DNA of 64,000 nucleotides from Zygnema circumcarinatum SAG 698-1b (Eukaryota > Plantae > Zygnematophyceae), in assembly GCA_037447605.1 (NCBI GenBank), contig CM074822.1, positions 1,883,492 to 1,947,491 on the forward strand, written 5' to 3'. The position numbers were made by a program, and so were the translations under genes. The notes under the pieces were generated by a model that ran no database searches, was not told the origin of the DNA, and saw nothing but the letters and a program-made list of their open reading frames with translations. Shown here piece by piece: positions 48,037 to 59,262 of the stretch (within the stretch, counting starts at the first letter, position 1; the number at the start of each line of letters is the position of its first letter).

Positions 48037-48191
48037 GTGTGCTGTTCCGTGGGCCGCCAACGCATGGCGCCGCCTTCTCTCAATCTCCGTTGGCAGCTCC
48101 TGGATTCCGTTGATCCGTGACACGGAAGAGGCATATGTCAAGTACAATTGAACTGACGCAAATCCGTCGAAGGCAGCTCCGTTACGCTACA
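48037..48191 (-). mobile_element. Second LTR 5' part in opposite orientation, runs into the same N gap
   Basis: Reverse complement starts TGTAGCGTAACGGAGCTGCC; it is a diverged, non-identical match to both other LTR copies. Confidence 0.72.
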
Positions 48192-48500
48192 TCCGTCTGG
48201 TCCACTCTGTCTGCTCGTTCATCCGTACATTCGTACCGCATAATACCGTACAGTCATATGACCGTACGACCGTCCGACCGTACATGTTGTAAAGGCGTTG
48301 TAAAGTATTATATAACAGCCGTTATCTAGTCGTCACAGTTATATAATATAATATATATTATATAGTCGTAATTAAGCCATCCCTAGTAGGGATGGCCGTA
48401 AAATCATTATTATTTTTTGAAAGGTAGTGCTAAATTCACACCTTTTTTGTCTGGACAGTATAGCTCGGTACTATACACCTTGAAAAAAAGGAAAAAAAAT

Positions 48501-48690
48501 CATTGAACTCACGATGCCGAGGCCATCAAATGTACATGGACAAAAGCAAAATGTGGAACCACGAGGGACTGGTCGCAAAGGACCGAAACACAATAAAACG
48601 AAGCTAAGCGCGGAAAACTACGCCTACGCACAACAACGCAGCCCCTAGAAGCAGTCGCGAAGGTCCTCGATGTGAGGCACATCGCGAGGA
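48501..48690 (+). repeat. Dispersed repeat family C, copy 3
   Basis: Matches the reverse complement of 19083-19173; its 3' part resembles 26400-26500. Confidence 0.8.
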
Positions 48691-49186
48691 GGGAGCGGCG
48701 GAAGTCCACCAACGCGATCACCAACAACCACAGCACCCCGAAGAAGCGTAGAAGCAAGGCAACGCTGAAGGGCGACGGAAATGCGCTGTCGATAAAAGGT
48801 AGCCAGGTTCGATACAATGTATTGATCCGTACAGCCAGACATAGAACCATACGGAAATGATGTACGGGACTATACGGACCAAGTCACACGTGTTGAGGTG
48901 CTAGGCTAGCACCTCACCATTGTAGCAGCACTACCAGTCTACCACATGTCCCATCATCACCGTCACTCTTGAAACTGCTCTTGTGGACCTAATTTTCAAT
49001 ACAACTATTTTGAAACTAGTACAAGGTGTCCTAGAGCTGCCTTACGACTTGAAGCTTCAATTATTATAATCAATCTCCGTTTAATTAGCAAGAAAACGAA
49101 AGAAACGACGTTAAATACATATAAAGTACACTGTATTTTAAAATGTCGTATAATACGCATGTATTAGGGGGAGTCAGACCTTGACC

Positions 49187-50503
49187 ATCGCCAAATCAAT
49201 TTCGTAAGCCTGTCGGGCGAATTCAGCATTGGCTAAGTACGCATTTCAGTACTGCTGTGTACGGCGGGGAGTCAGACCTTGACCATCGCTTACGAAATTC
49301 CTGAATTCCTTATACTAAAGGAAAATGATACAGCGGCCCCACTTTTTGGAAATCGGCGCCCCCTTTTGGGAAAAAATTGTACTTTTTTTTTGGCTAATCA
49401 CTCCCCCCCTTGGATCTTTCGGGAGGAGAGATCTTGTAGACAATCGGACCCCGCTCCTCGCGCGCAGGATCCGACCGTGCACCGACGTACGGCGCCGCGC
49501 ATCGCGGCGTGGCCCGCGAGATGCGGCGAGCCTACGGAAACGTTGTCCTCACCTGACCCTTTTGGGTAAGAGGTTGCCACGTGGCAGTCTGCCATTGGAC
49601 AACCCTGCTGCCGGTCGCCCATGCCGATACAGTGGACCCCCATAATATTTTCGCCATGGTTTCGGCAAATACTGGGCGAGAATATTGTAATTTGCAAATA
49701 TAAGGTCCGTGTTACCAATAGGCGAGCGGTATTATGTTAGAGTTCATGTATGTTCGTACGTATCGTATCGTATCGTATCGTATCATATCGTACCGTGATT
49801 TAGATACACGAGCTCCTATTGGTGCCGTACGTATACCGTACGACTTAGAGATTTTGTTCGTACTTACCGTACAGCGTAAAAGCGTGACCCATGTTTGAAA
49901 TCCGTTTCGATAAACAGATTTTGTATTGGATAATAGGTCAGGTTAGGTTAACACCCCTAGTACGTTAACATTGAGTTACCGTACAAAAAGGTGGTTTCGG
50001 CAAAATCGGGGCGAATTTCTTGGGGACGCACTGTATAAGGTGGAAAATATTATGGGGGTCCACTGTATCGGCATGGGGGACCGGCAGCAGGACTGTCCAA
50101 TGGCAGACTGCCACGTGGCAACCTTGACCCAAACGGGTCAGGTGAGGACAACTTTTCCGTAGGCTCGCCGCATCTCGTGGGCCACGCCGCGATGCGCGGC
50201 GCCGTACGTCGGTGCACAGTCGGATCCTGCGCGCGAGGCGCGGGGTCCGATTGTCTACAAGATCTCTCCTCCCGAAAGATCCAAGGGGGGGTGATTAGCC
50301 AAAAAAAAAGTACAATTTTTCCCAAAAGGGGGCGCCGATATCCAAAAAGTGGGGCCGCTGTATCATTTTCCATACTAAAAGTCACTTCTTTCGTGTACGA
50401 ATTCCGGATCGGGATCCGCGGCTCCGCCGAGCTCAGCCGTACCGAAATGTGTACCTAGCCAATGCTTAATTCGCCCGACAGGCTTACGAAATTGACTTGA
50501 CGA
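49187..50503. repeat. Long inverted repeat (foldback) with MITE M2 at its exact centre
   Basis: 49319-49629 is the near-identical reverse complement of 50066-50371; the outer blocks 49187-49252 and 50438-50503 also pair. Confidence 0.9.
49630..50065 (-). mobile_element. MITE family M, copy M2 (436 bp), pogo/Tc1-mariner-like
   Basis: Perfect 23-bp TIR CAGTGGACCCCCATAATATTTTC at both ends, TA on both flanks, no ORF; the body is inverted relative to M4. Confidence 0.88.
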
Positions 50504-51022
50504 CGACGACGAAGACGACGTATTATACACGCGTTCGATACATATGGACCTATACTAGACACAGACCTTTTTTCGCCGGCAGATTTTAAAATATACAAAA
50601 AAGGATTAAAAACAGAAAATGCTCTTTTCACACCTTTTTGGAATCGATACACACCTTGTTCCGTCGGGCAGATTTTATTTTACAATCCGCTCGGAGCGGA
50701 AGATCCGTCCGCCACGAGATCGTTCGCGGGTGGCCGTCCTTCACACGTGCAATCTCAGCCGTCGATTCTCGCGCAGATCGTACCATGGCAGATCACCGAC
50801 CGATCTACAGTTTTTTTTTCGTCCCATTCGCTGAAGGTCCGGACCCGGCCTCAGCGAATGGGACGCGCCCACGTATCCCACCCAAGCCGGCGCAAAGGTC
50901 CGTACAAAAATCGTACGGTCGCATCTTCGAGGAAAGGCGAAATGCCGTACATTGGGAGCCTGGACCAAACCATTTGTCACGTGTCCTGCCACATCATTCA
51001 AACCAACACGTTGCAGCTAATA

Positions 51023-51127
51023 CTGTACCCCCGCCTAAAGTTAACACAACTTCTACTTTCCAATCCCAAGATTTTCGTCCAATAATATCGGCCGAAACCA
51101 TGGTGAAAATATTAGGGGGAGGTACTG
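51023..51127. mobile_element. Possible tiny degenerate MITE related to family M
   Basis: Right end ggtgaaaatattagggggaggtactg|TA resembles the family TIR; left end TA|ctgtacccccgcctaa matches it at about 15 of 20 positions. Confidence 0.35.
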
Positions 51128-51614
51128 TACTGTGTGTGTATGTACGGTATGGCCTTGCCATCGTGAGTTCAATCAAACATCATTTTCCTCGTATGTATGA
51201 AATGTATGTATGTATGTATGTATGCACGCCTGGTCCAAAAGTAATATCTGAGAGCGGCTCTCATTGGCTGCTCTCCGAGATATCTGGCGGAGCGGTGGGG
51301 GCCGTCCGATGAGCCATCGTACGGTCGGGGCGCGGAGTACGCGGGCGGACGGGGCGCGGGCCGGCCCAGATCGATCGATCCACGCGGCGGGCGGGCGAGC
51401 TATCCACCCATCCATCCGGTGCGGCGGGCGGGCGGGCGGGCGGGCGGGCGGGGGTCCACGTCGAGCGACTGCCCGAAAAGGTCCCCCTCGCGGGACGCCG
51501 CGCGCCGCTTTTTGCACTTTTCCAGCGCACCGCAGCGTGGCCGCACGAGGGAGGCCGGGCGGCCTGGGTACGGGCCCTGGGTAGCCGTCTGTAGGGTTCC
51601 CTTTCGACCTCTCG

Positions 51615-51657
<43 letters not shown>

Positions 51658-51816
51658 CCTCGCCTTCGCACGCGCCCGCCGGCAGCGGCAGCAGCAGCAG
51701 CGACGCGGCTCCCTCGTCTCCTCTCCTCTCCTCTGTCCCGCCGCCCGAGAGAGAGAGAGAGAGAGAGTGAGAGAGAGAGTGCCAGCCGCGCGGCGCATGC
51801 TCCGAGGCGCCGAGCC

Positions 51817-54800
51817 ATGAGCTCTGCGCGGCGCGCGTCGCGAGGCGGCGCCGAGAGGAGCGGTGGAAGTCGGCGTGGGGGCGCCGCTGGGGCCGATGCG
51901 CCAGCTCTCTTCCCGCCCATGCATGTCGCCCACGCCGCAGGACCGGGCTCGGGGCCCCGCGCTCCTCCCAGGAATAAAATGGCGCTCTACGAGCATGTTA
52001 CCACGCCGTCCAAACGCGCTCGGCCTTATTGGGGGCCAACTTCAACGATGCAGGCCGACAGTGCAGGACTTCAGACTCTGGACCTCCATGGGATACGCAC
52101 AGACGCTGTTCTCTCGGTAAGCTCTCTCTCACGGCGGACGGAGCCGCACAGGCTTGTGCTGGTTGAACCGAGATGTGGTTCGGCCAGACTAGGAGTCTGT
52201 TCGCTGTTCTTTGGAACGATGGGCAACCAGAGGAAGGTGGCGTGGGTAGAAAGCGAGGAACGTTGTCGCATAACCGCCATTGGCTGTCTTTTCTAAACGT
52301 CCTTGCCGGACTGCGTCAACTTCAGGCATGTCGTTGGAACTCGCTCTGATAATACAGAGTTCACAATCTCTTTCTATTTACAACGAGTTTATCGATGCTC
52401 TTTTGTTGAGAATACTTAGGACGGAAAAATGATTGGGAGATACGTTCCACTAAGTTATGAGGTTGTATAACCGGATGTCGAGGGCTCATGAAGCCCACAA
52501 TATGCTCTGCACCAATCGTGAAAGCCCTGCCGAGCCATATGGCGGCAGAGCTTGCTTTGGGTCTGCTCGACTTCAGTCAAGTTCCACTTGCTTTCGGTCT
52601 TTGATGTCCTGAATATCAGTTCCTGTTGTATGCGATTGCAAGATCTTATGCAGGCCCCACTTGGATCTGTTTGACTTGTTGCTTTCCTGCACGCATGGCT
52701 GCCTCTGCACAGATGCAACAGTTTCGAACTTATGAGAGCCGATTCTCATATCCTTCATACTTTGGGCAGTCTGCCCCGAACAGCGGTGCCGTTGTAGGAT
52801 CAGCTCCAGCTTTTCCCGGGATTTGGCACAGGCAGGCCTCTGGAGGCAGCAACGCTAGCTGTCTGCAGGACTCGTTAGACAGAGAAGTACCCTGCATGCC
52901 TTACAGGCTTCCTGGCCAACATTTTGCTCGGCAAGAAGTCGCACAGCCGTTGAGGAGCACCATCGGCGAAAAGCACAAAATGTCTGTGAACGCCTTAAGT
53001 GTAAGAACGGGCGATTCCATTGTGGTGGACGCATCGGACGGCAGAATCAGAGCAGATGGCCGAGGCATGCGTGCTCTTACAGACGAAAGGCTTGTGCGGG
53101 ATACTAGCGGTGAAGGCAGTGGGCCAGCGTCTTCGCCTGCAACTTCAGAGAAATGGGCTTTTATGGCATGGCAACAGCGACAGTGTATGAAACCCCAAGT
53201 AGAGAAGGCTTCATCATCATATGTGCCAGTTGGTGAGCTAGCACTTTCAGGTGCTACTCCAGGTTCCGGAAAGTCCGTGAAGGGGCACGCAGAAGGATTT
53301 CCTGGCTTGAAGTCAGCCGCAATAAAGCCAGCAGTTAGGAACCTTCCAGGTGGAGGGTTTCCTTCCGGTTTTGATTCTGAAGGACCCTCTGAGATTGTAG
53401 AGGTGCGCTCAGTTTGCGCATCCGTCCAGGGTGAGACTGGGTCTGTTCACGGAGGTCTTGACTCTCGAGTAGGAGTACTTCGAAAGCAGTCGCAGTTCGT
53501 GCAGCCTCTGGAGAATTCTTTCTGTTCTGCTGGTGCTCCCACGGCTAGTGACATCACAGGGGCTGCATTACCGTCAGCAGATGTTCAATGGAAATTTTAC
53601 ACTGCGGAGCGAGGAAATGCAAACAAGGTGGCCTCTCATTCGGGTGCTTGCATGAAAGAAGGGGAAGTGGGTGAAGGGGGTCATGTTCGTCCGAGAGTGC
53701 CTCGAGCTAGTGACGAAGAGCATGACTGCATTAGCCGGAAGCACCCAAGAGGACAATGCGGGGGGCAGTACGACGTTGAGGAGAGGAGGGAGCAGGGCCC
53801 TGATGGTTCGAAGAATGCGGACGAGGATCAGAGAGCGCGAGAGCAATCTGGTGCAGTGAGAAGTGACGCGGAAGCCGCCAGGCAAGCAGAGAAGTGCCCC
53901 ATGGCAAGAAGTCCGGACGTTTCCGAAGAGACTAGCGGGGAGAGTGGTGGTGGTTTGTCAGAACAGTCACCTCCTGCAGGAGGGGATGCAGCGGACGGAG
54001 ACAATGAGGATGTGGAGAGGAGACGAATGGTCATGCCCATGGATGTAGTGACAGCCATAGGACAGCAGGAATTTTGGAAAGCGAGAAAGACCATTCTCAG
54101 GTACATCCTGCTGCTGGCTTTGAATTGATTTGTGCGTGTCCTTCGATACGTTAGCACGGCCGTTTGTCTAGTTTTCATGTTCGCAGTCCCCTTGAGTTTA
54201 CGCCGCCATCACTTTCCTGGCAGCAAAAAGTTTCAAATAACTTCCTTCTACTTCGGACCTTCACTGAAAATGTTTTCTTTTAGATATCTTTTCCGTGGCC
54301 TTGTGTTGTGGTACCTTCCCTTCTCCTAGGTCGAGTTATAGGGAGGCTCACCCTGAAGCCTCTTGTTAGAGAATACTTCGTTCGAACCTTTTGCAGGGTA
54401 CTACAAGCTATGGTAGGGGAATTGCTCATTATCTGTTTAGTGTCATTACTATGGCGGGTTGGCCTGCAGACAACAGAGAATTTTCACAGCGCAGGTGTTT
54501 GAACTACATCGTATCATCAAGGTATTGCACCCTTTTTGTACATTTTCCTGCATTTGCTGGCATGCAATTACCTTCATGTTTGCTTTATTGGCCCTTGCAG
54601 GCACACTTTTTGGTTGTGTTGTTGACCAGTGAAGTCATTGCTTTGGCCCGTGTGCAGGTTCAAGCGGAATTAGCTCTCAAGGAAATTCCAGCTTGGATGG
54701 ACACAGCGGATGGATTAGGACCATCCATTCGACCAATGGGAGTCACCGAGGCAGCTCTGGCAGTTAATGGTCTGACCTCGTCCGAGGCCTTGACTCTTGC

Positions 54801-56214
54801 AGCCCAACGTGTCGGTGAAGAAGCATCAAAACTTATGGCACAGAGAAGACAGCAACGGCAAGCCAGCCCTGATGACTCTCCTCTTTCTAGCTCCGATGGA
54901 GCTGCTAAGGAGCTCTGCAGTGTGCCATCAGCCGCAATGCCCCGCCCTGGGACAGGCCCTGGCCCGCCTACCTCCACAGCAGTACCTTCTGCGCCCCAAT
55001 TCTGGTCCTATCCTCCGTACTCAGCCATGCTTCAGCTTCCACAGCAGGCTGCGGCGGTGGCTGTGGCGGCCATTGCGCCATGGCTGCCGCCGATGCCGCC
55101 TCGGATGCCGCCAAGTGCGGCGGCAGCAGCTGCGGCGGCAGCGGCAGCGGCGGCATTTGCGTACGGCCCGTACGGCCAGATGTACGGCGCAGGTGTCCAG
55201 GGGGGGGGCTACTCCACCATGTACACGTCTGCAGGAGCGCAGCCAGGGATAGTTGTCCAGCCACAGTTAATGGATGTGGGGGTTCCGCAGATTGGAGGGA
55301 TGAATGGGAATTATTTAGATAGCCGGCAGGAGCTTTATCCTGGAGTTGGTAAAGCAGAATGGCAAGGAAAGACCGGCGGCGGTGGGTTCAACTCTGATCC
55401 TATGGCTGCTTGGTACGCCCTCCCTAGCTCACATGCTCAGCTAGCGAGTCACGGTGGAGTCGGATGCTTTGACGGTCTGGCAACAGCTGCTGGTGGACTC
55501 CCTCTCCCTCTCGTCCCTTTTCAACGTGTGAACGCAAGTGCTGTACCTAACAACTTAGAGAGCATGCCTTTGTCAGCTTCAAAAGGCATGGCTCAGCCGC
55601 TGCATCTTGCGTTTGACGAGGACATGTCCCATGGGCCTGTGGCTGAGTCTGCCAGCAGAAAGTTTCCAGCCGGGCAGGCAGATAGGAATCGATTGCCTGT
55701 GGAGGAATCGGAGGGGAGTCCGTGTGATAGCCCGTCCTCAGGCGGTCAGCCACAGGGAGCTGTGCACGATTGGGCGCATGGGTGGGGCCCAAGCTTGCGT
55801 CGCCAGCAAATGTCGACCTCGGAGTTAAGAGACCGGCAGAGGGAAGCAGCGGATATTGCAGATGAGGAATTCGGAAGAGGGACAGATGTGCACGGGAGTG
55901 AAGGAGGTGGAGGGTTTCATGGGGCCGGCGGGCAGGAGCCTGGACGTAAAGGTCGCTTGGCAGGAAAAGGGCACCAACAGATGGCGGCAGGTGAAGGCAG
56001 TAAAGTGGGGAAGCGAGCATCGTCTGCCGAGCTGCAGCTCTTTCCTCTGCAGCCTCTGCGCTCGTCTTTGGGCGGCGGAAATGCAGACGAGCGCTCAACA
56101 GCCGCCGGGCGGGCTACCTCCTCTGTTATCAAAGTCGTGCCCCGTGCTGCCGCAGCAACACCTGAGAGTACTGCCGGCATCTTGCTGTCCATACAGAAGC
56201 AGCGGCAAAGGTAG
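51817..56214 (+). CDS. ELF3: EARLY FLOWERING 3 (evening-complex scaffold), ~1098 aa
   Basis: Exons 51817-52116, 52713-54100, 54470-54521, 54658-56214 with compatible phases (3297 nt). All four ELF3 blocks are present: LFPPMHV..GPRAPPRNKMALYE; DVVTAIGQQEFWKARKTILR|QQRIFTAQVFELHRIIK|VQ; a Pro-rich Q(F)W region; VIKVVPR....ESTAGILLSIQKQR*. Confidence 0.95.
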
Positions 56215-57480
56215 TGCAGCGCTTTGCGGGTGTTATGATGAATCATATCTAAGTAGTATATAGGATGCATGTTAAAGTCTGGATAATTCTTGACGAGAAT
56301 CTCCAACTCTTTTCCGTGCTATAAAAGGCGGGTTATTTTGGGCATTATTTATGTTCATGCCCTAGAAGATATTGCTATTCTGTAACTCGTGGTCGGTCAA
56401 TGTAGCCGATCAAATTGGAGGAGGCAGCACGCATTTGTGCTACGGGAGTAAAAGGACGGTTGGAGCTTAAGAGCGGAGGTGATTTAGTGGACGATTTTGC
56501 AGACTATTGCAAATACTAAAATTCTTTATCGCATTTACAACTCGTTCTTAAATGTTGTCTGACGTTCGAATGAATGTAGTAGCATTGTGGCTGATGCAGT
56601 CCAGAGAAAGCTCATATTTATTCGTGTGCTGTAGCGACGTAAACTAGCTGCCCTACGGCACAAGTAAGACACCCGCATAGCAGAGAGAGCAGCTGCGGCA
56701 TCTGCCGTGACAACATATGGCTTGCATATGAGCTCCAAAAGCGAGCTTGGCATATGCCAGCACCTCTCGTCCCCCTTCCTCGCCCTTACTCAGTCATTGA
56801 GGGACCATCCCGATGAAACAAAACATTGAGGCTGTGCTCCCCGTGACTGCAGCATCCGCCAATCAATGCACGACACGCGCAATGCATCATATCATGAGGG
56901 GCGGCCTTTGCAGCAGTTCTCAGTGCTAACCTGCATCGAAGCGAACTAGTTTCTGCAAAGCTTTTAACCACCAATCCATGTCTATCAATAACCCGAACTC
57001 ACACAAAAGCCGTTGAGGTAGAGCTTTCACACAGAACATTTCAGAATTAAGCCGTCACCATAGAAGAAACTCTTTTTTCAATCTTTTACTAACCTTGAAG
57101 AAACACTGACCTTTTCCGATTAACAATGCCCCCTAAATACGCTCTCCAGTGTCAAAAGAAACTACCTGCGAAGGTAAAGACTTGGCTAACTTTTTTTCCA
57201 AAAATAGCAACGATTGACTAACATTTTGCTTACTCTGCAGCCAATGCGTGCTAACATGCGCATACCCGTCACTGGCTGTTGTCGCGCATACACATCCATC
57301 CCCAACCCCCCTCCCCCCCCAGAAAAAGAAACCATTTTATCCTGCCTAGAATCCCATTCTACCACCTGATAACGTACTAGCTGCAACTACGTCCTTCTAA
57401 GGATATTTCCACCATTGGTATAGTACGATGCGCTGAGTTATCTTAGGCCATATTCTATTCGCTGTTCATTGCAAACGGCA

Positions 57481-59262
57481 TCATTCTGCCTTCTTCTTCG
57501 TCTGTTTCTCTGAGGCCAAGCCATATGCTGCAACCTTTACAAGAATACGCAGTAGGGTGTACAACACAAGCACCATTGCTGCATAGACTGAATACACATC
57601 TACATTGTAGCGCTCCACAAAAGACATATAATTGTCCGGCATAATCCAGTGGCTGCTGCTGCCCGTCTCTAGCAGATATGCGACCACTTCCGCCCCTCGC
57701 CGGACACCACCTTGGAGTCGCATCAACTTTCCGAGCTGCTTGGCTCTCAGGACATAACTGCTTTCTGTCTCACCGCCGGATTTGGAGCCTCCATTGACAT
57801 CTCCCTTATCTCCAGCGAGCTTGTTCAGCGCCTCTGTGACAATCTCAGGCGTCAAACTGTCCACATCAAGGCTGACTCCTGCCCCCGAGTCACGCAGCCT
57901 TGCAGCAAGCTCGGGCTGGTCAGCCATGACTGGAATGCAGACCATCGGCTTGCCAAAGTAGATGGCCTCATGAGTGCCACCAAAGCCGCAGTGCCCGACA
58001 AACACCTGCACAGCACGGTGATCCAAAACCGCCCTCTGGGGCAGCCATAGCTCCAGCCTCAGTCGCTTGTGTGGCTTGTCTGCAAAGCCTTCCGGCAAAA
58101 ACTCGCGGTTATCAGCGCGAAGCGACCACAGCACCGGCCTTCCCGACGATTCCAGACCGTTGAACAGAGCGGTGCCCTGCTTGACGGACAGCCTGGCATG
58201 GCTTCCCATGCTGACAACTGTGACAGTCTGATTTGGCCACTGATCGAGCCACGCATGGAGTTCCGGATTTTTCTCCAGGGGGGAGGGCCCAGCGACCTCC
58301 CTACCAGGAGGAGGGTAGATGAGTGGCCCCGTGTAAACAACCATGGGAGGGGTGGGAATGGCGTAGTCAAAGCCCACCACTGTGTTCACCAGCTTAGGCC
58401 GCAGCACGCCTGGCTCGGGGTACTCCGTCACCGTCATGTTGCATTTGCACTTCTTCTGCAGCTTGGTGGTCGCGAGTCTGTACGCGAAGTGATGCGCCCA
58501 GTAGTGGCCATCAAGCTTGTACCACAACACGCTGAAGAGTCGATCCCGGAAGGTCATTTCCTTAAGACCTCTAGGTGCCGAATGAATGGGGTAGTGGAAG
58601 GGGGGGGGAGGCATGGGGTCCCAGACAAGCTGCGGGGAGTTGTACAGCAGTGGAATGTCATACTTCTGCGCAATGTACTCCCCTGTCTGCACAGACGTGA
58701 AGTGGTTGGCTAAGACGATATCCGGCTTCATAGAGAAGGGCTGTCCGGCATGATCCTTTCCCACGAGGCCGTGCTCTTGGATCATACCCTCCTGCAGCAT
58801 GGACCATAGCATGAGCGCGTCGTTGCTGTAGAATTCCGAGCGCGCACGCACCATCATAGTGAACGTGCTCACAGTACGCGTGCTCCACCGCGCCGTGTTG
58901 CGCTTGCTCACCTCCGACTCGCTCTCGGGAGCCCCCCCCGTCGGCAAATACACGAGGCCCGTACCGTCGATGATGCGGCCGGGCATTTTGGGGCTCACGT
59001 ACGGCGCGGCGAGGTAAACGCTGAAGCCTCTGTCGAGCAGCTCCTGCCCGAGGGAGATGGTAGGGAAGAGGTGGCCGGAGAGGGACGCGCAGAGGAGGAG
59101 GACATTGGCGCCGCTGCTCTTGGAGGAGAGATCGTGCGCGCCATTGACGCTGGCGCCATCAACGTCTCCATTCACCGCGGAAGAGAGAGCGATAGGGAGC
59201 AGCTGGCAGAAGAGAATCGCAGCGCAAAAAGCTCCGTAGCTCCACATGATCGCAGGCCCCAT
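57481..59262 (-). CDS. Intronless GT1 UDP-glycosyltransferase with signal peptide, C-terminal TM helix and KKxx tail (animal UGT-like topology)
   Basis: 593-aa single ORF. Hydrophobic N-terminus AFCAAILFCQLLPIALS; SGHLFP; EMTFRDRL; DYAIPTPPMVVYTGP; VVSMGS; UGT signature WLPQRAVLDHRAVQVFVGHCGFGGTHEAIYFGKPMVCIPVMADQ; FVERYNVDV followed by TM YSVYAAMVLVLYTLLRILV; ends KKKAE. Confidence 0.92.
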   Translation of the reverse strand: MGPAIMWSYGAFCAAILFCQLLPIALSSAVNGDVDGASVNGAHDLSSKSSGANVLLLCASLSGHLFPTISLGQELLDRGFSVYLAAPYVSPKMPGRIIDGTGLVYLPTGGAPESESEVSKRNTARWSTRTVSTFTMMVRARSEFYSNDALMLWSMLQEGMIQEHGLVGKDHAGQPFSMKPDIVLANHFTSVQTGEYIAQKYDIPLLYNSPQLVWDPMPPPPFHYPIHSAPRGLKEMTFRDRLFSVLWYKLDGHYWAHHFAYRLATTKLQKKCKCNMTVTEYPEPGVLRPKLVNTVVGFDYAIPTPPMVVYTGPLIYPPPGREVAGPSPLEKNPELHAWLDQWPNQTVTVVSMGSHARLSVKQGTALFNGLESSGRPVLWSLRADNREFLPEGFADKPHKRLRLELWLPQRAVLDHRAVQVFVGHCGFGGTHEAIYFGKPMVCIPVMADQPELAARLRDSGAGVSLDVDSLTPEIVTEALNKLAGDKGDVNGGSKSGGETESSYVLRAKQLGKLMRLQGGVRRGAEVVAYLLETGSSSHWIMPDNYMSFVERYNVDVYSVYAAMVLVLYTLLRILVKVAAYGLASEKQTKKKAE

